In this document: positions 53,357 through 64,000 of the stretch, piece by piece | Numbering within the stretch: position 1 is the first letter of the stretch | Layout of the letters: every line of letters begins with the position of its first letter | Assembly (NCBI GenBank): GCA_951406725.2 | Contig: OX597814.1 | Span: 78,864,001 to 78,928,000, forward strand | Origin: Octopus vulgaris | Taxonomy: Eukaryota | DNA length: 64,000 bases | Direction: 5' to 3' | Position numbers and translations under genes: made by a program | The notes under the pieces: generated by a model | Told to the model about the DNA's origin: nothing | The model's database searches: none | What the model saw: the letters and a program-made list of their open reading frames with translations, nothing else

Positions 53357-55329
53357 CATGTGAAAGTGCTCAGACATACAAACACATGTTTGTTCATTTG
53401 GCTATTCCACGAGCCTGAGGAGACAGGCTCCATTAGGGGCCTGCAAAACTTTAAGTAGCACAGAATCCAAATCAAATTGTTTTGAATAATACATGTAACT
53501 CATAATAAATGTGTTGAGTGCCCTTTCTTTCATTTTTCCACTCACTCACTCACTCATACATATGATGTGTGTATGTGTATAGAACTCTTTGGCTACAGTC
53601 AGAGATTTTTAGATTAGGCTCAATGGCAGATGTGTTCTTGACTTCTTTCTTATCATCATGAATTACAACAGTGACAATGTGATCCTTGTCATTGCTGTCA
53701 TCATCAATATAGTGATGAATATAGCTGCTATTGTTGATGATGATGATGCTAATTAAGATAGATATAATGATGTGTAAAAGAGCTTACAACTGCTTACATG
53801 CAACTTTACAGCTGCGAGTGTGTAAGAATGTTGTTGCAGTTGTTGGAGATGATACCACAAATGATGATGATGATATACTAGAGATGTTGATGCTGAGAAG
53901 AACATTGGACCCACCACATACAAGCGTGACATTTCGAACACAAACATTAACAAATAATAAATACTATAAATACTGTTAAAGGCCCTCTGGGCATCATTGA
54001 AGGAGCAAGCTAGCAAACAAACTGGTATTCATTGCCAGGTGGTGGAGGTGGTGGTGGTGGTAGTGGAGAGAGGTAGCACTGGTGTGTGTATAAGGTAGAT
54101 GAGGGTGGAGACCATTACTCCCACACCCTGCTCAAGCTGTAACAGCTGACACAATGGGAGCCAGAGAGAGATGAAGGAGAGACAATGATGACTGTGAATA
54201 TGCTGTAGCTGGTGGTGGTGGTGGTGGTGGTTGTGGCAGTGGTGGCAATGATGTATTCTAAATAGATTATTATATCATCTTGTGAATAAGGAATCCCATG
54301 GGGTTGCCATTTAAAACACACCAAAGTGTAAACAAACATGAACATGTACGATGGCTCAGAATCAGCATAAGTATTAGAAACAATGTTATTGCTACAATAA
54401 ATTCTGGCAAGAGACCTACACACACACACACACACACACAGATCACAGCCAGAAATCACACCATCCTGAACTGTTGCTGAGCCATTACCAGACTCAAGTA
54501 TGGCCCACAGGAAATACTGCAATGGTGTAGATGCCTTTACCCACATATTCTGCATTAACTCATTAGCAACTGAAATATTCTACCTGTTTTATGTTCAGAC
54601 TGGCCAGATATGGCCTTTCACACTTAATGATTTTGAAAATTTAACAATATGTATAACTAATTGGATAAAGATACACACACACACTACACACATACACATA
54701 CATGATAACTGGGCAGAGATAGCAACTCCTATTTGCTCACCAGCAGTGTCTTGTGTCAGAGGTGAAGTTACTTAGCAATCAAATGGAATAAACCAACAAA
54801 CTGCAAGCAAGTACAGAAGGAAAGAAGTAATTAAATTCTGTAAGAATTAACAGCGAGGTAAACACTGATGAGAGCTGAATCTCACTATTAGACTAATTCA
54901 AATCTCAAGAGATCCATTCATGAAATAACTTATATATATATATATGAAAATTGACAAAACCAGGAACTTCCAAGGCCTCAGGCTTTATTTTGGAGATTTC
55001 CTTCTAGGTAGATTACCAACCAAGCTTAAAGAGCTTCTATCTGTCCACAAGGTATGCTATCCCATTCCAGACACCAAACCAATAGAAGTCTGTAGCAAGT
55101 ATGTTGTGAGGGAAAGAACCTTTCTAAACAAGAACAAAAAAAGGACAAAGCAAAGTGTGAGTATGAGGATTGTGGGGTTGATCGTGTCATTCTCATTTAA
55201 TTGTATATATTTCAATTGTTTATTCATACGTTTCATCTCATTTGATCCCCTGACCCCAATGTTTGTTTTGTCTGTCCTCGCATCATTCCCTCTTTTTTTC
55301 AACCTCATGGTTAATAAAGAAATTGACTG

Positions 55330-56460
55330 TTCAGAAGTTCATCCGCCCTTTGACAGGTCTCATTTTTCATCCCACAGGGTGTCCAACAACACCCTCCTTG
55401 CCAAGCAAGCCTGGTGGGGTTTAGTCACCAACGACCTGACCATGGGACAGGTTGTACTGGATTACATCTTACCAGCAGCACTCAAGAGCTTCTTGGGCCA
55501 ATAAGTGGGGGTAGTGCAGTGCAGGCTAAACCCACTGAAAATTATTCATCTGCACAGGTACTTCCTGTACTCCAAATCTTAGTAAAATCATTCAATTGGT
55601 TGGTTGGCAGAAACCTAAAAATGCACTTGTAACTTACTCTAAAATGTCTCAAACAGATTCAGTAAATGGCAAAAAAGGCTTGGGAATGTCAGGGGAACAG
55701 GTCTGGCTCGGCAGGTGTCCCAGTGTATCACAGGCTGAACCCGGTCATCATCCTGCCACTGTGGTCAAACATTCTTCAAGAAAAAGTAAAAATAAACATC
55801 CTTTGAATTTTGGTTGTTTGAATGTGCACACACTTCTTGATGATAATTTTAACAAGAGTCCAGAAAGGTGTACTGCACTTATTGCAGGTGAGTTCAAGAA
55901 ATATTCCCTTTATATAGTTGAGCTCTCTGAAACTTGTTTCTCTGGTAAAGGTCAAGTAAATGAACCTACTTATGGACATACTGTCTTTTGGAGAGGCCTA
56001 CCTAAGGGTCAGCGTAGAGAATCTGGTGCTCGGTTTGCTCTCAAGAATACATTAGTATCCTCCATTGCAGGGCTTCCAAGTGGTATATCTGAATGGATCA
56101 TGTCATGCTGCATTAAACTGACAAAAGGTAGGTTTCTTACTGTTGTCAGTATTTATGCACCAACAATGTCCCATTCTGATGAAACTGTAGGACAGTTTTA
56201 TGATGATCTAGCACAATTATTGAGGAAAGTACCAATTTCTGACAAGCTGGTCATATTGGGAGATTTCAATGCAAGAGTTGGAAAGGACTGTTTCATGGCT
56301 TCTTTTAGGTTGACATGAGATTGGAAAATGTAATAAAAATTGAGTAGCTCTATTGACATTTCATACTGAGAATAATCTGGTTGTCACCAACACTCTGTTT
56401 AAGCAGAAAAATAAATATAAAACCACCTGGATGCACCTAAGATCTAAGCACTGGCAACTC
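55330..56460 (+). mobile_element. RTE-clade LINE 5' portion: 5' UTR plus apurinic-endonuclease domain pseudogene
   Basis: ORF 55596-56318: GCLNVHTLLD...RCTALIAGEFKKYSLYIVELSET...SIYAPT...FYDDL...VILGDFNARVGKD, continuing after a frameshift as NNLVVTNTLFKQKNKYKTTWMHLRSKHW. Confidence 0.92.
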
Positions 56461-56624
56461 AAAATAGGTAGTAAGAGAACTTCATAATTATTCATAAGTT
56501 CATAAAAAATCATGATTGTAGAGAAGCATATATACAGAAAGAATTTGTAGACAGTATTTGATGGGAGAAAGCATGTATTGCTTAGTCAAAACTCCATCAG
56601 AAATCATATTTGAGTATTTATACA

Positions 56625-56990
56625 GAATTTTAAATAGGAGTGGATCTGTTGACTAATCTAGGCTGTTTATTTGTAAGTTTCTGCATCATTTGGTCCAGTT
56701 GGCCGCAGTATACTTTGGCCGTGATTGAAGAGCCAGGTTTAATGAAATCGTAATGGATCATACCTGTGCCAGACCACCAAACACACACCATCAGCTTCTT
56801 TTGATGAATTTTGCTTTTCGGACTGTTTTGGTGGCTTGTCTTTGTCCAACCATTGTGCTGAATGCTTACAGTTGTTGTAACCCACTTATCCAACTTGTTC
56901 AATTTACCAAATTGAACTAGGTGAGTCAATATTGTTTGCTTGCTAATTATACACAAACTGACCCTTTTCTGAACACAGCTGTAATTGTTC
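56625..56990 (-). mobile_element. Mariner (DD34D) transposase fragment, internally deleted
   Basis: ORF 56630-56992: TILTHLVQFGKLNKLDKWV...KIHQKKLMVCVWWSGTGMIHYDFIKPGSSITAKVYCGQLDQM..KL..KQPRLVNR. Confidence 0.88.
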
Positions 56991-58363
56991 AAGGGGTAGT
57001 AACTCTGTTCACAGAATGGCTGTCTTTTGTATCAGGTTTTTTTTTTTTTGTGCCCCCAAACTAAGATTGTAGTTTTGCTTCTATTAATAAAGAAGCTAGG
57101 TGCTTCTGGTCAGCAGGTCTGATGAGTTATCTATATTGCCAAGTGCAATTGTAGACATGAAACCAATGGAAACGTTCTGACCAACCATAACCAAGGACTC
57201 AACTACTTAATGTATATACATATAGCTGATTTCTTTCTTGTGCAACTTCGGTTTTTGTAAAACATGTATTGATGTGCTGCATTTCATTTTTTCATGCACT
57301 AATTTTATTTTTCAAATAAACTGTAGCTCAGTTGGCATATTATGATTTGGACAGAATGGAGATTTGTTTTTTATATCAAAATAACTTGATAAAAAAAGTT
57401 ATAATTAATAAAAAAATATAATAGAATAAAAGACCACGAATTGTGTTGCTTAATAATTAATGGTAATAAAAATTGCACTTCATAGCCTCAGTGATATATG
57501 AGATATAAAACAAGATAATCAATCAATCAAGCAAACCAACTGTCAAAAACAGAGGCACCTACTGTGTTTTTTTATGTTTGGATATGTTATACAGAGGGAA
57601 TGATAGACAATAGGTTCATTCTGATTTCATTGTATTACAAAACAAAAGGATGGGAAAATAAGAGAGCAGAGATTCCATTCATTTAGTTACTTTGTCTCTT
57701 TCAAACTTTAACTTGGAAACAAATGAAAAAAATAATTAAAAAATGAAAATTCCTATCCAATATGAAGAGAAGGAGATTATTTGTTTAATATTTTTTCTTC
57801 TTTATTTTGATTAATGGCCAATAGAATCAGCTGCATTGCTGCTATAAAATAGCTCTTCAAAACTCTTTTCAAGTCATAAATCTTAAACCTAATATCCCTA
57901 CCTACATCATTGTTTTAATATATGGTAATAACTGAAAAGCTACTTCATGTACAAGACAAAAACAAAACTAAAGAAAAAGAAAAGATAGCTTCTAGTCATT
58001 CCACCTGCAAACTATTACATACATATATACATGTGGGCATGTGTGTACTAAGATTACTTTCCATAACATATATATGTAAAATATATATGTATTTGATACA
58101 TACATATATATATATATATGCATGTGTGTATACATATATATATATATAGGTATGTGTATAAATGCATACATACACACACATATATATATATCTATATAAT
58201 TATAATGTATTATATATCTATATATTTAATGTAAAAGAGACAGGGAGTAGGAAAGAGGGAAGAAGGCAGAGTACGAAAAGAGGAATGTAAATAGTTTATC
58301 ATAAGTAAATGTATATCACATTTTCACTCCCTTCTCTCACTTAGCTCCCCACCTTTTCTCTCA

Positions 58364-58406
<43 letters not shown>

Positions 58407-59123
58407 AAAGACACTTGAAAATAAAATCACGCTATTTCCTGAATGAGCTCCATAATATATTCTATGTTATCTGCAGACGGCTATTTTTCTATAAGACATT
58501 TACAAAAATATTTGGACTTTTATCCTTTTGAGGGCAATAAAATAAATATCAGTCAATGCAACCGACTTACTCCCCACCCCCGAACTTGCTGGCACTGTGC
58601 CAAAATTTGAAACCAATATTTGGACTCAAATTGCTTGGTATTGGCTTGAAAATTTGGCACAAGGCCAGCAAGGTTGGGGGAGGGGTAAGTCCTTTACATT
58701 GACCCCAGACCTCAATAGGTACTTATTTTATCAACCCCAAAAGAATGACTTCAGTGGACCTTGAACACAGAAATGCTAAGATGGATGAAATGCCGCTAAG
58801 CATTCTGCTTGGTGGGCTAACGATTCAGCCAGCTTGTCATCCTGAGGAACTGCTTAATATTAGTGGCTGACTCCCATTTTGCTGTTTCTCTTGTGTATAG
58901 ATTCTATATTGTACAAAGGTATCTGGTACGTAGGGCACAAATAGACCCCACCATTTCCTGAATGCATTTTTCTTGAAGTTGTAATTTATGCATCCCTTCT
59001 TTATGATTCTGAATCAAAGAGGGAGATTGGGATAAATCATTTCAAATCTAGGTGGTTGTTGATGCTATTGAACAATTTATATCTAACTCCTCATGAAATA
59101 AATCTAACATAAGAATGTCATTG

Positions 59124-59160
59124 ACATACCTGGAGGGAAAAAAAAAATTAAATACATGAA
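59124..59160 (-). other. Candidate recursive splice site (ratchet point)
   Basis: Minus strand reads TATTTAATTTTTTTTTTCCCTCCAG|GTATGT, junction between 59130 and 59129; branch-like TTTAAT upstream of the U tract. Confidence 0.45.
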
Positions 59161-60084
59161 TAGCAGCTGTTCAGTGTACTATTTACTAGATGGATAGTAA
59201 ATCTGATAGACTTACCACCAAAGGTAGGTTCAATGTCTATCTGCCTGTCTCTCTCTCTATATATATATCACTGAATCAAGGTATCAACCAGATTACTGGA
59301 TATATACACCACTTGAAAATAAATATCAAGCTGGATTGATAATGTATTTTAAAAATACTTTTTAAAAAACACACAATGCAAGTTGAAAATTATAGAGTGG
59401 AATCAAATGCAAAACCTAAAGCAAAATATGAACATTAGTATTCCTTTTTATTTTGTATATCAGTATTTTAGGTTTAAGAGAAACGATGTGATTGAACTAG
59501 CTCCATTTTACACAGGTTCTGCAGTAATAAAGCAGTTATTTTTTCAGATGCTATTATTGTTAAGAACTACATGTGCAGGTTTGTAATATTAAATCTGCCA
59601 ATCAACACCACAGAGGTCACATCTGTTGATGGATGGTTGAGGTTTATTAATAAAGATAGTTTCTTTAATCCTTAAATTTCCAATATTCTATTCTGTAATT
59701 TTGATAGATTGTAATATCCTGGTTGTTACATTTGCTAAGACTTTAACATTCCTTCTTTGGCATCTTCTGGAAGTGCATCAACCCATCCCTAACTCCTGTA
59801 GTTCCCAATTCTTCATTTTACAAAACAATTGGTCTAAAGACATAGCATAACTTTACATAGAGAAAGTTTTTATTATTAGCTCTCTGATCCATGTAAGCCT
59901 AGAAAAGTGAATATTACATAATATTGAAGATGAGCGTCACTTTGTGGTAAGAAACTTACTTCCCAACCACATGGCTCCAGATTCAGTCTCACTGTGTGGC
60001 ATCTTGGGTATCTTCTGCTGTAGCCTCAGGCTGACCAAAGCTTTGTGAGTGGATTTGATAGACAGAAACTGAAAGAAGCTTCTC

Positions 60085-60132
<48 letters not shown>

Positions 60133-60557
60133 ATAAGTGTGAGTATGTATCTGTGTTTGTCCCCCCATGACAACCAGTGCTGTGTGTTTACATATATACA
60201 TGTGTGTATATATATATATATATATATAAACATATGTGTATATATATACGTATATGTATAGATGTATATGTTTATATGTGTATATGTATATATGTTTATA
60301 TGTGTGTATATATATATATGTGTATATGTATATATGTTTATATGTGTATATATGTATATATGTTTATACATATATATATACATGTGTATATATATTACAT
60401 TTAAACTTGTTTTTACCACTTTATTGGCTCCCTGCTAATCCCTTACACATAGGAAGTGTTTTCATTATAATTGTAAAGTATTTATTCTTCTCTGTCTGTC
60501 TGTCTCTCAATACACACATATCTTCCATTAGTAGAAGATACAATTATCTTCTACAAT

Positions 60558-60950
60558 GGATGGATGGAAGCACTCTGTCGGTTACAACGACGAGGGTTCC
60601 GGTTGATCCGAATCAACGGAACAGCCTGCTCATGAAATTAACGTGTAAGTGGCTGAGCACTCCACAGACACGTGTACCCATAATGTAGTTCTCGGGGATA
60701 TTCAGCGTGATACAGAGAGTGACAAGGCCGGCCCTTTTGAAATACAGGTACAACAGAAACAGGAAGAAAGAGTGAGAGAAAGTTGTGGTGAAAGAGTACA
60801 GCAGGGATCACCACCATCCCCTGCTGGAGCCTCGTGAAGCTTTAGGTGTTTTCACTCAATAAACACTCACAACGCCCGTTCTGGGAATCGAAACCGCGAT
60901 CCTATGACCGCGAGTCCGCTGCCCTAACCACTGGGCCATTGCGCCTCCAC
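60558..60950 (-). mobile_element. tRNA-derived SINE family D, young full-length copy
   Basis: Minus-strand head GGCGCAATGGCCCAGTGGTTAGGGCAGCGGACTCGCGGTC...GGTTTCGATTCCC; 12-bp TSD ATCTTCTACAAT (60546-60557, 60951-60962). Partial relatives near 3370-3625 and 18325-18500. Confidence 0.9.
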
Positions 60951-61158
60951 ATCTTCTACAATAACCTTGGGTTGACCAAAGCTTCATGAGTGGATCTGGT
61001 AGACAGAGATTGGAAAGTAAAATACATGGTCATCTTTGTGTACAGACATATCCCTTGCATCCTTCTTCAGCTGAGCATTCCTAATCTTGTGGGCTCGTGA
61101 GTGCTGGTGCCCCGTAAAAAGCACTCATGTCAGTGCCACTTATACTGGATTTCAGAAT

Positions 61159-61726
61159 GTCTGTTGGCTATTTTTTCTTTCTCACTAGACCGCTGGTGGC
61201 GAAATAATTTCTATTGAATTTTTTGCTACCCTGATATTGATTAATTAATGATTTTTTGGCTAATTCTGAACTTATATCAGCAGTTTATATTTGCTGCTGA
61301 TAAGTTGGCGCGATGACGGTAGATTTTGAAAATTTAGAGTATATATTCCCAAGGCATCGATGCTGTTGCCTTGTGGACTATTTATTCCTCCTGGCTTCTT
61401 TGCCGATGAGATGGGCCAGTGGTAAATTGACTTGATTAAATTTAATTTAATTTAATTAAGCTGGTTTGCCAAAAAGTACGTCGAAACTATGCATAGTCCA
61501 AAGATTTTAAGGGTAAATGATTTTAATTTTCCTTTGATTTCTGAATTACTACTATTTAGCGGTTTGAGTATTGCTGCTCGTTTTAGTGAGTTGAATGGCC
61601 TATTAAGGCCATTCCTTAATATTATTGTTGAATGTACATTATATAGTCTGTTGGCTATTTTTTCTTTCTCACTAGACCGCTGGTGGCGAAATAATTTCTA
61701 TTGAATTTTTTGCTACCCTGATATTG

Positions 61727-61728
<2 letters not shown>
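61159..61728 (+). mobile_element. Retrozyme/Penelope-pLTR-like non-coding unit: 487-bp monomer with 83-bp direct terminal repeat and internal hammerhead
   Basis: 61159-61241 is identical to 61646-61728; hammerhead at 61397-61504; several internal hairpins; CpG-rich; ends at (TA)n. Confidence 0.75.
61397..61504 (+). ncRNA. Type I hammerhead ribozyme motif (U4C core variant, extended stem II)
   Basis: UCUUUG-CCGAUGA-[GAUG...UGGUAAA...CUUGAUUAAAUU..AAUUUAAUUAAG...UUUGCCA...CGUC]-GAAAC-UAUGCAUA-GUC^-CAAAGA; stem I is 6 bp perfect; palindromic stem III ACUAUGCAUAGU; predicted cleavage after 61498. Confidence 0.8.
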
Positions 61729-61754
<26 letters not shown>

Positions 61755-61757
<3 letters not shown>

Positions 61758-62190
61758 AGTTCAGCAAAATTTAGATTCAAATGAATATGGTACTTAAGTT
61801 AGATGCACCAGAATTTTGTATGGTGTTATCCATATAAATCCATGGGGTGATTATAATCAAAATAAGCAACAAGAATATCTTCGGTAATTTGGTATGATTG
61901 TTTCACGCTACATCATTTTATTAAACATTGTAAGTATTACAACAGTTTTAAAATGTTGAGCAATCATCAGTCATTTATAGAGGTTTTCTATTAATACATA
62001 TTTTCATATTAATTTTCATATTATTGAAAATTAAAATGAAAATATGTATTAATGGAAAACCTCTATAAATGACTGATGATTGCTCAACATTTTAAAACTG
62101 TTGTAATACTTACAATGTTTAATAAAATGATCTAGCGTGAAACAATCGTACCAAATTACTGAAGATATTCTTGTTGCTTATTTTGATTTT
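61755..62190. mobile_element. Penelope-like fold-back element between (TA)n tracts; 153-bp inverted arms, each with a hammerhead motif
   Basis: Arms 61855-62007 / 62036-62188 (4 mismatches by eye). Plus-strand motif CUGAUGA (62073-62079), long stem II, GAAAC-AAUC-GUA (62139-62150); mirror motif at 61890-61973 on the minus strand. Confidence 0.72.
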
Positions 62191-62220
62191 ATATATATAT
62201 ATACACACACACACACATAC

Positions 62221-62990
62221 AGTTCTAGGTAAATTCCATCAGGTAAATTTCACCATAGGTAAATTCCACCATAGTATATTCCACCATGGTAAATTCCACC
62301 CACTAATAATCACTGTGGTCAGTTTCTCTAGACTGTGGGTCAAAACCGATATTATTTAATCTGTCTATCTCTCAAGTCTTGAGATAGAGAGAGAGAGAGA
62401 GAGAGAGTCTCAAGGCGAGATAGAAAATAATCTTTATAATCTACTTGAATGAGATGGGATCACTTTAATGTACTCCCATTCAAGCAAGAATCTATGAAAA
62501 AGTCTCATCACAAAATTTCAAAAATAATATAATTAAGGATAAGGAAAGAAAAGATTAAATTTTAGCACACATTTTATTATAACAATAGAATAAAAATAAC
62601 AGTGAATACATTGTGAAGTAGAGTTGGGATAAGAAAGTTTAATTTACTTAAAAAGAAATTTCTTAAGACAAACTGTATGCAATACTCCTTAAAAATTGCA
62701 GAGGATTTTCATTTTGATATTCCTGAACTAGCTTATTCAGTCATGCATTAATAATTTGATAGGTCTTTTTTTTTTGTTGTTGAGTCTCCATGTCGAATGT
62801 GTGCAATTTTTGTCTGGCTTAATCCCTCCTCAGATTTAAGGGCAGTGCATAGTCTCCACAAATTTGGATGTGTGGATGTTAGTAATGAATGCAAAGCATT
62901 GTGGGACCCTTCTAAATAATGATTTTATAATGATAATAATAATAATTTCAGCTATGATGAAATTTACTATGGTGGAATTTACCTGTCACC
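62221..62990. mobile_element. Non-autonomous DNA transposon with subterminal ~15-bp tandem repeats (Mutator/fold-back-like)
   Basis: Left end has about 5 units of GGTAAATTCCACCAT; right end has inverted ATGGTGGAATTTACC units; possible degenerate 9-bp TSD CACACATAC / CACACAAAT. Confidence 0.6.
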
Positions 62991-64000
62991 CACACAAATA
63001 TATACACATATATTTACATAAATGTAGATTTAGATATGTACCTACATACATACATACACACACACACATACATACATACACACATGCATGCATCCTTATA
63101 CATATACACTTGTATGTCATTGGTACTATTGTTTCATCCTTAATTAAAGCTGATGAATAAGCATAAAAAATATTAAGGGCCAATACAATCAGCTTGAAGG
63201 TGCTGCTACAGAATGGCCAAAGTAGAATAACTGAAACTAATAAAAGAGTGAAAGAACACCAACACAGATTTATAAAGGTACACATTTGCACATTGATAAA
63301 TATATCATCATCCTCATTTAATGTCTGTTTTCCATGAGGGCATGGGTTAGGCGGTTTGACTGGAGCTGGTAAGCCGGGAGCTGCATGAGGCTATACATAA
63401 AAAACATCCATACTTATAAATGAAACTTATTTAAATCGGTGCAGGCGTGGCTGTGTGGTAAGAAGCTTACTTCCTAACCACATGGTTCTGGGTTCAATCG
63501 CACCGTGTGGCACTTTGCGCATGTGGCTTCTACTATGGCCTCAGGCTAACCAAAGTCCTGTGAGTGGATTTGGTAGATGGAAACTGAAAAACGCCTGTCA
63601 TATATGCATATATATAAATATATATGTGTGTGTGTGAATGTCTCTATGTCTGTATTTGTCCCCCTATCGTTGCTTGACGACCAATGTTGGCATGTTTACA
63701 TTCCTTATAACTTAGTGGTTCAGCAGAAGAGACAGATAGAATAAGTACTAGGCTGACAAAGAATAAGTCCTAGGGTCGATTTGTTTAACTAAAATCCTTT
63801 AAGGTGGTGCTCCAGCATGGCTGCAGTCAAATGACTGAAACAAGTAGAAGAATAAAAGAAATGTATTTTGATAGTCACACCTTATACACATATTCATATA
63901 CGTATTCACATATACTCACCCCAACAATACACATGCAAAATTATGATATATCAAGATTCATTGGCATCACATTCTATATGCATTTAAATTACTGCTGAAA

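Noticed and set aside
54864-54925. CTGATGA-GAG..CTC hammerhead-like start
   Set aside because: Stem II is followed by ACTA instead of GAAA, and stems I and III are absent.
54944-55504. 186-aa ORF upstream of the RTE endonuclease
   Set aside because: Starts in a (TA)n tract, runs through the RTE 5' UTR and has no recognisable domain.
60875-60950. tRNA-like cloverleaf on the minus strand
   Set aside because: It is the head of a TSD-flanked SINE (60558-60950), not a tRNA gene.
62227-62300. Regularly spaced repeats resembling a CRISPR array
   Set aside because: Head-to-tail 15-mers without unique spacers, in a eukaryotic context; these are transposon subterminal repeats.

Overview
AT-rich, gene-poor eukaryotic DNA. 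Its SINE families and microsatellite load look like an octopus (coleoid cephalopod) genome; this is inferred from repeat content. I cannot support any intact host protein-coding exon. Nearly all ORF-track entries are microsatellite or SINE noise, and the only recognisable protein fragments are transposon relics: Dong/R4-type RLE LINE ends, an RTE endonuclease, Tc1, mariner, DD37D/maT-like and hAT. Two signals stand out. (1) At least nine type I hammerhead-ribozyme motifs from about five different Penelope/retrozyme-like elements, almost all inserted at (TA)n tracts. They include a 487-bp unit with 83-bp direct terminal repeats (61159-61728), a ~135-bp mini-insert (24250-24385) and two fold-back elements carrying a ribozyme on each strand. 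Several have non-canonical cores (U4C, C3U). (2) Minus-strand polypyrimidine-AG|GT(A/R)AGT-type junctions at 9832/9831 and 59130/59129, with weaker ones at 47035 and 21029. These resemble recursive-splicing ratchet points and suggest the window lies inside a giant minus-strand intron. There is also a duplicated unique element with an octamer motif, a pre-miRNA-sized hairpin and several long inverted repeats. Repeat boundaries are approximate unless a target-site duplication is given.
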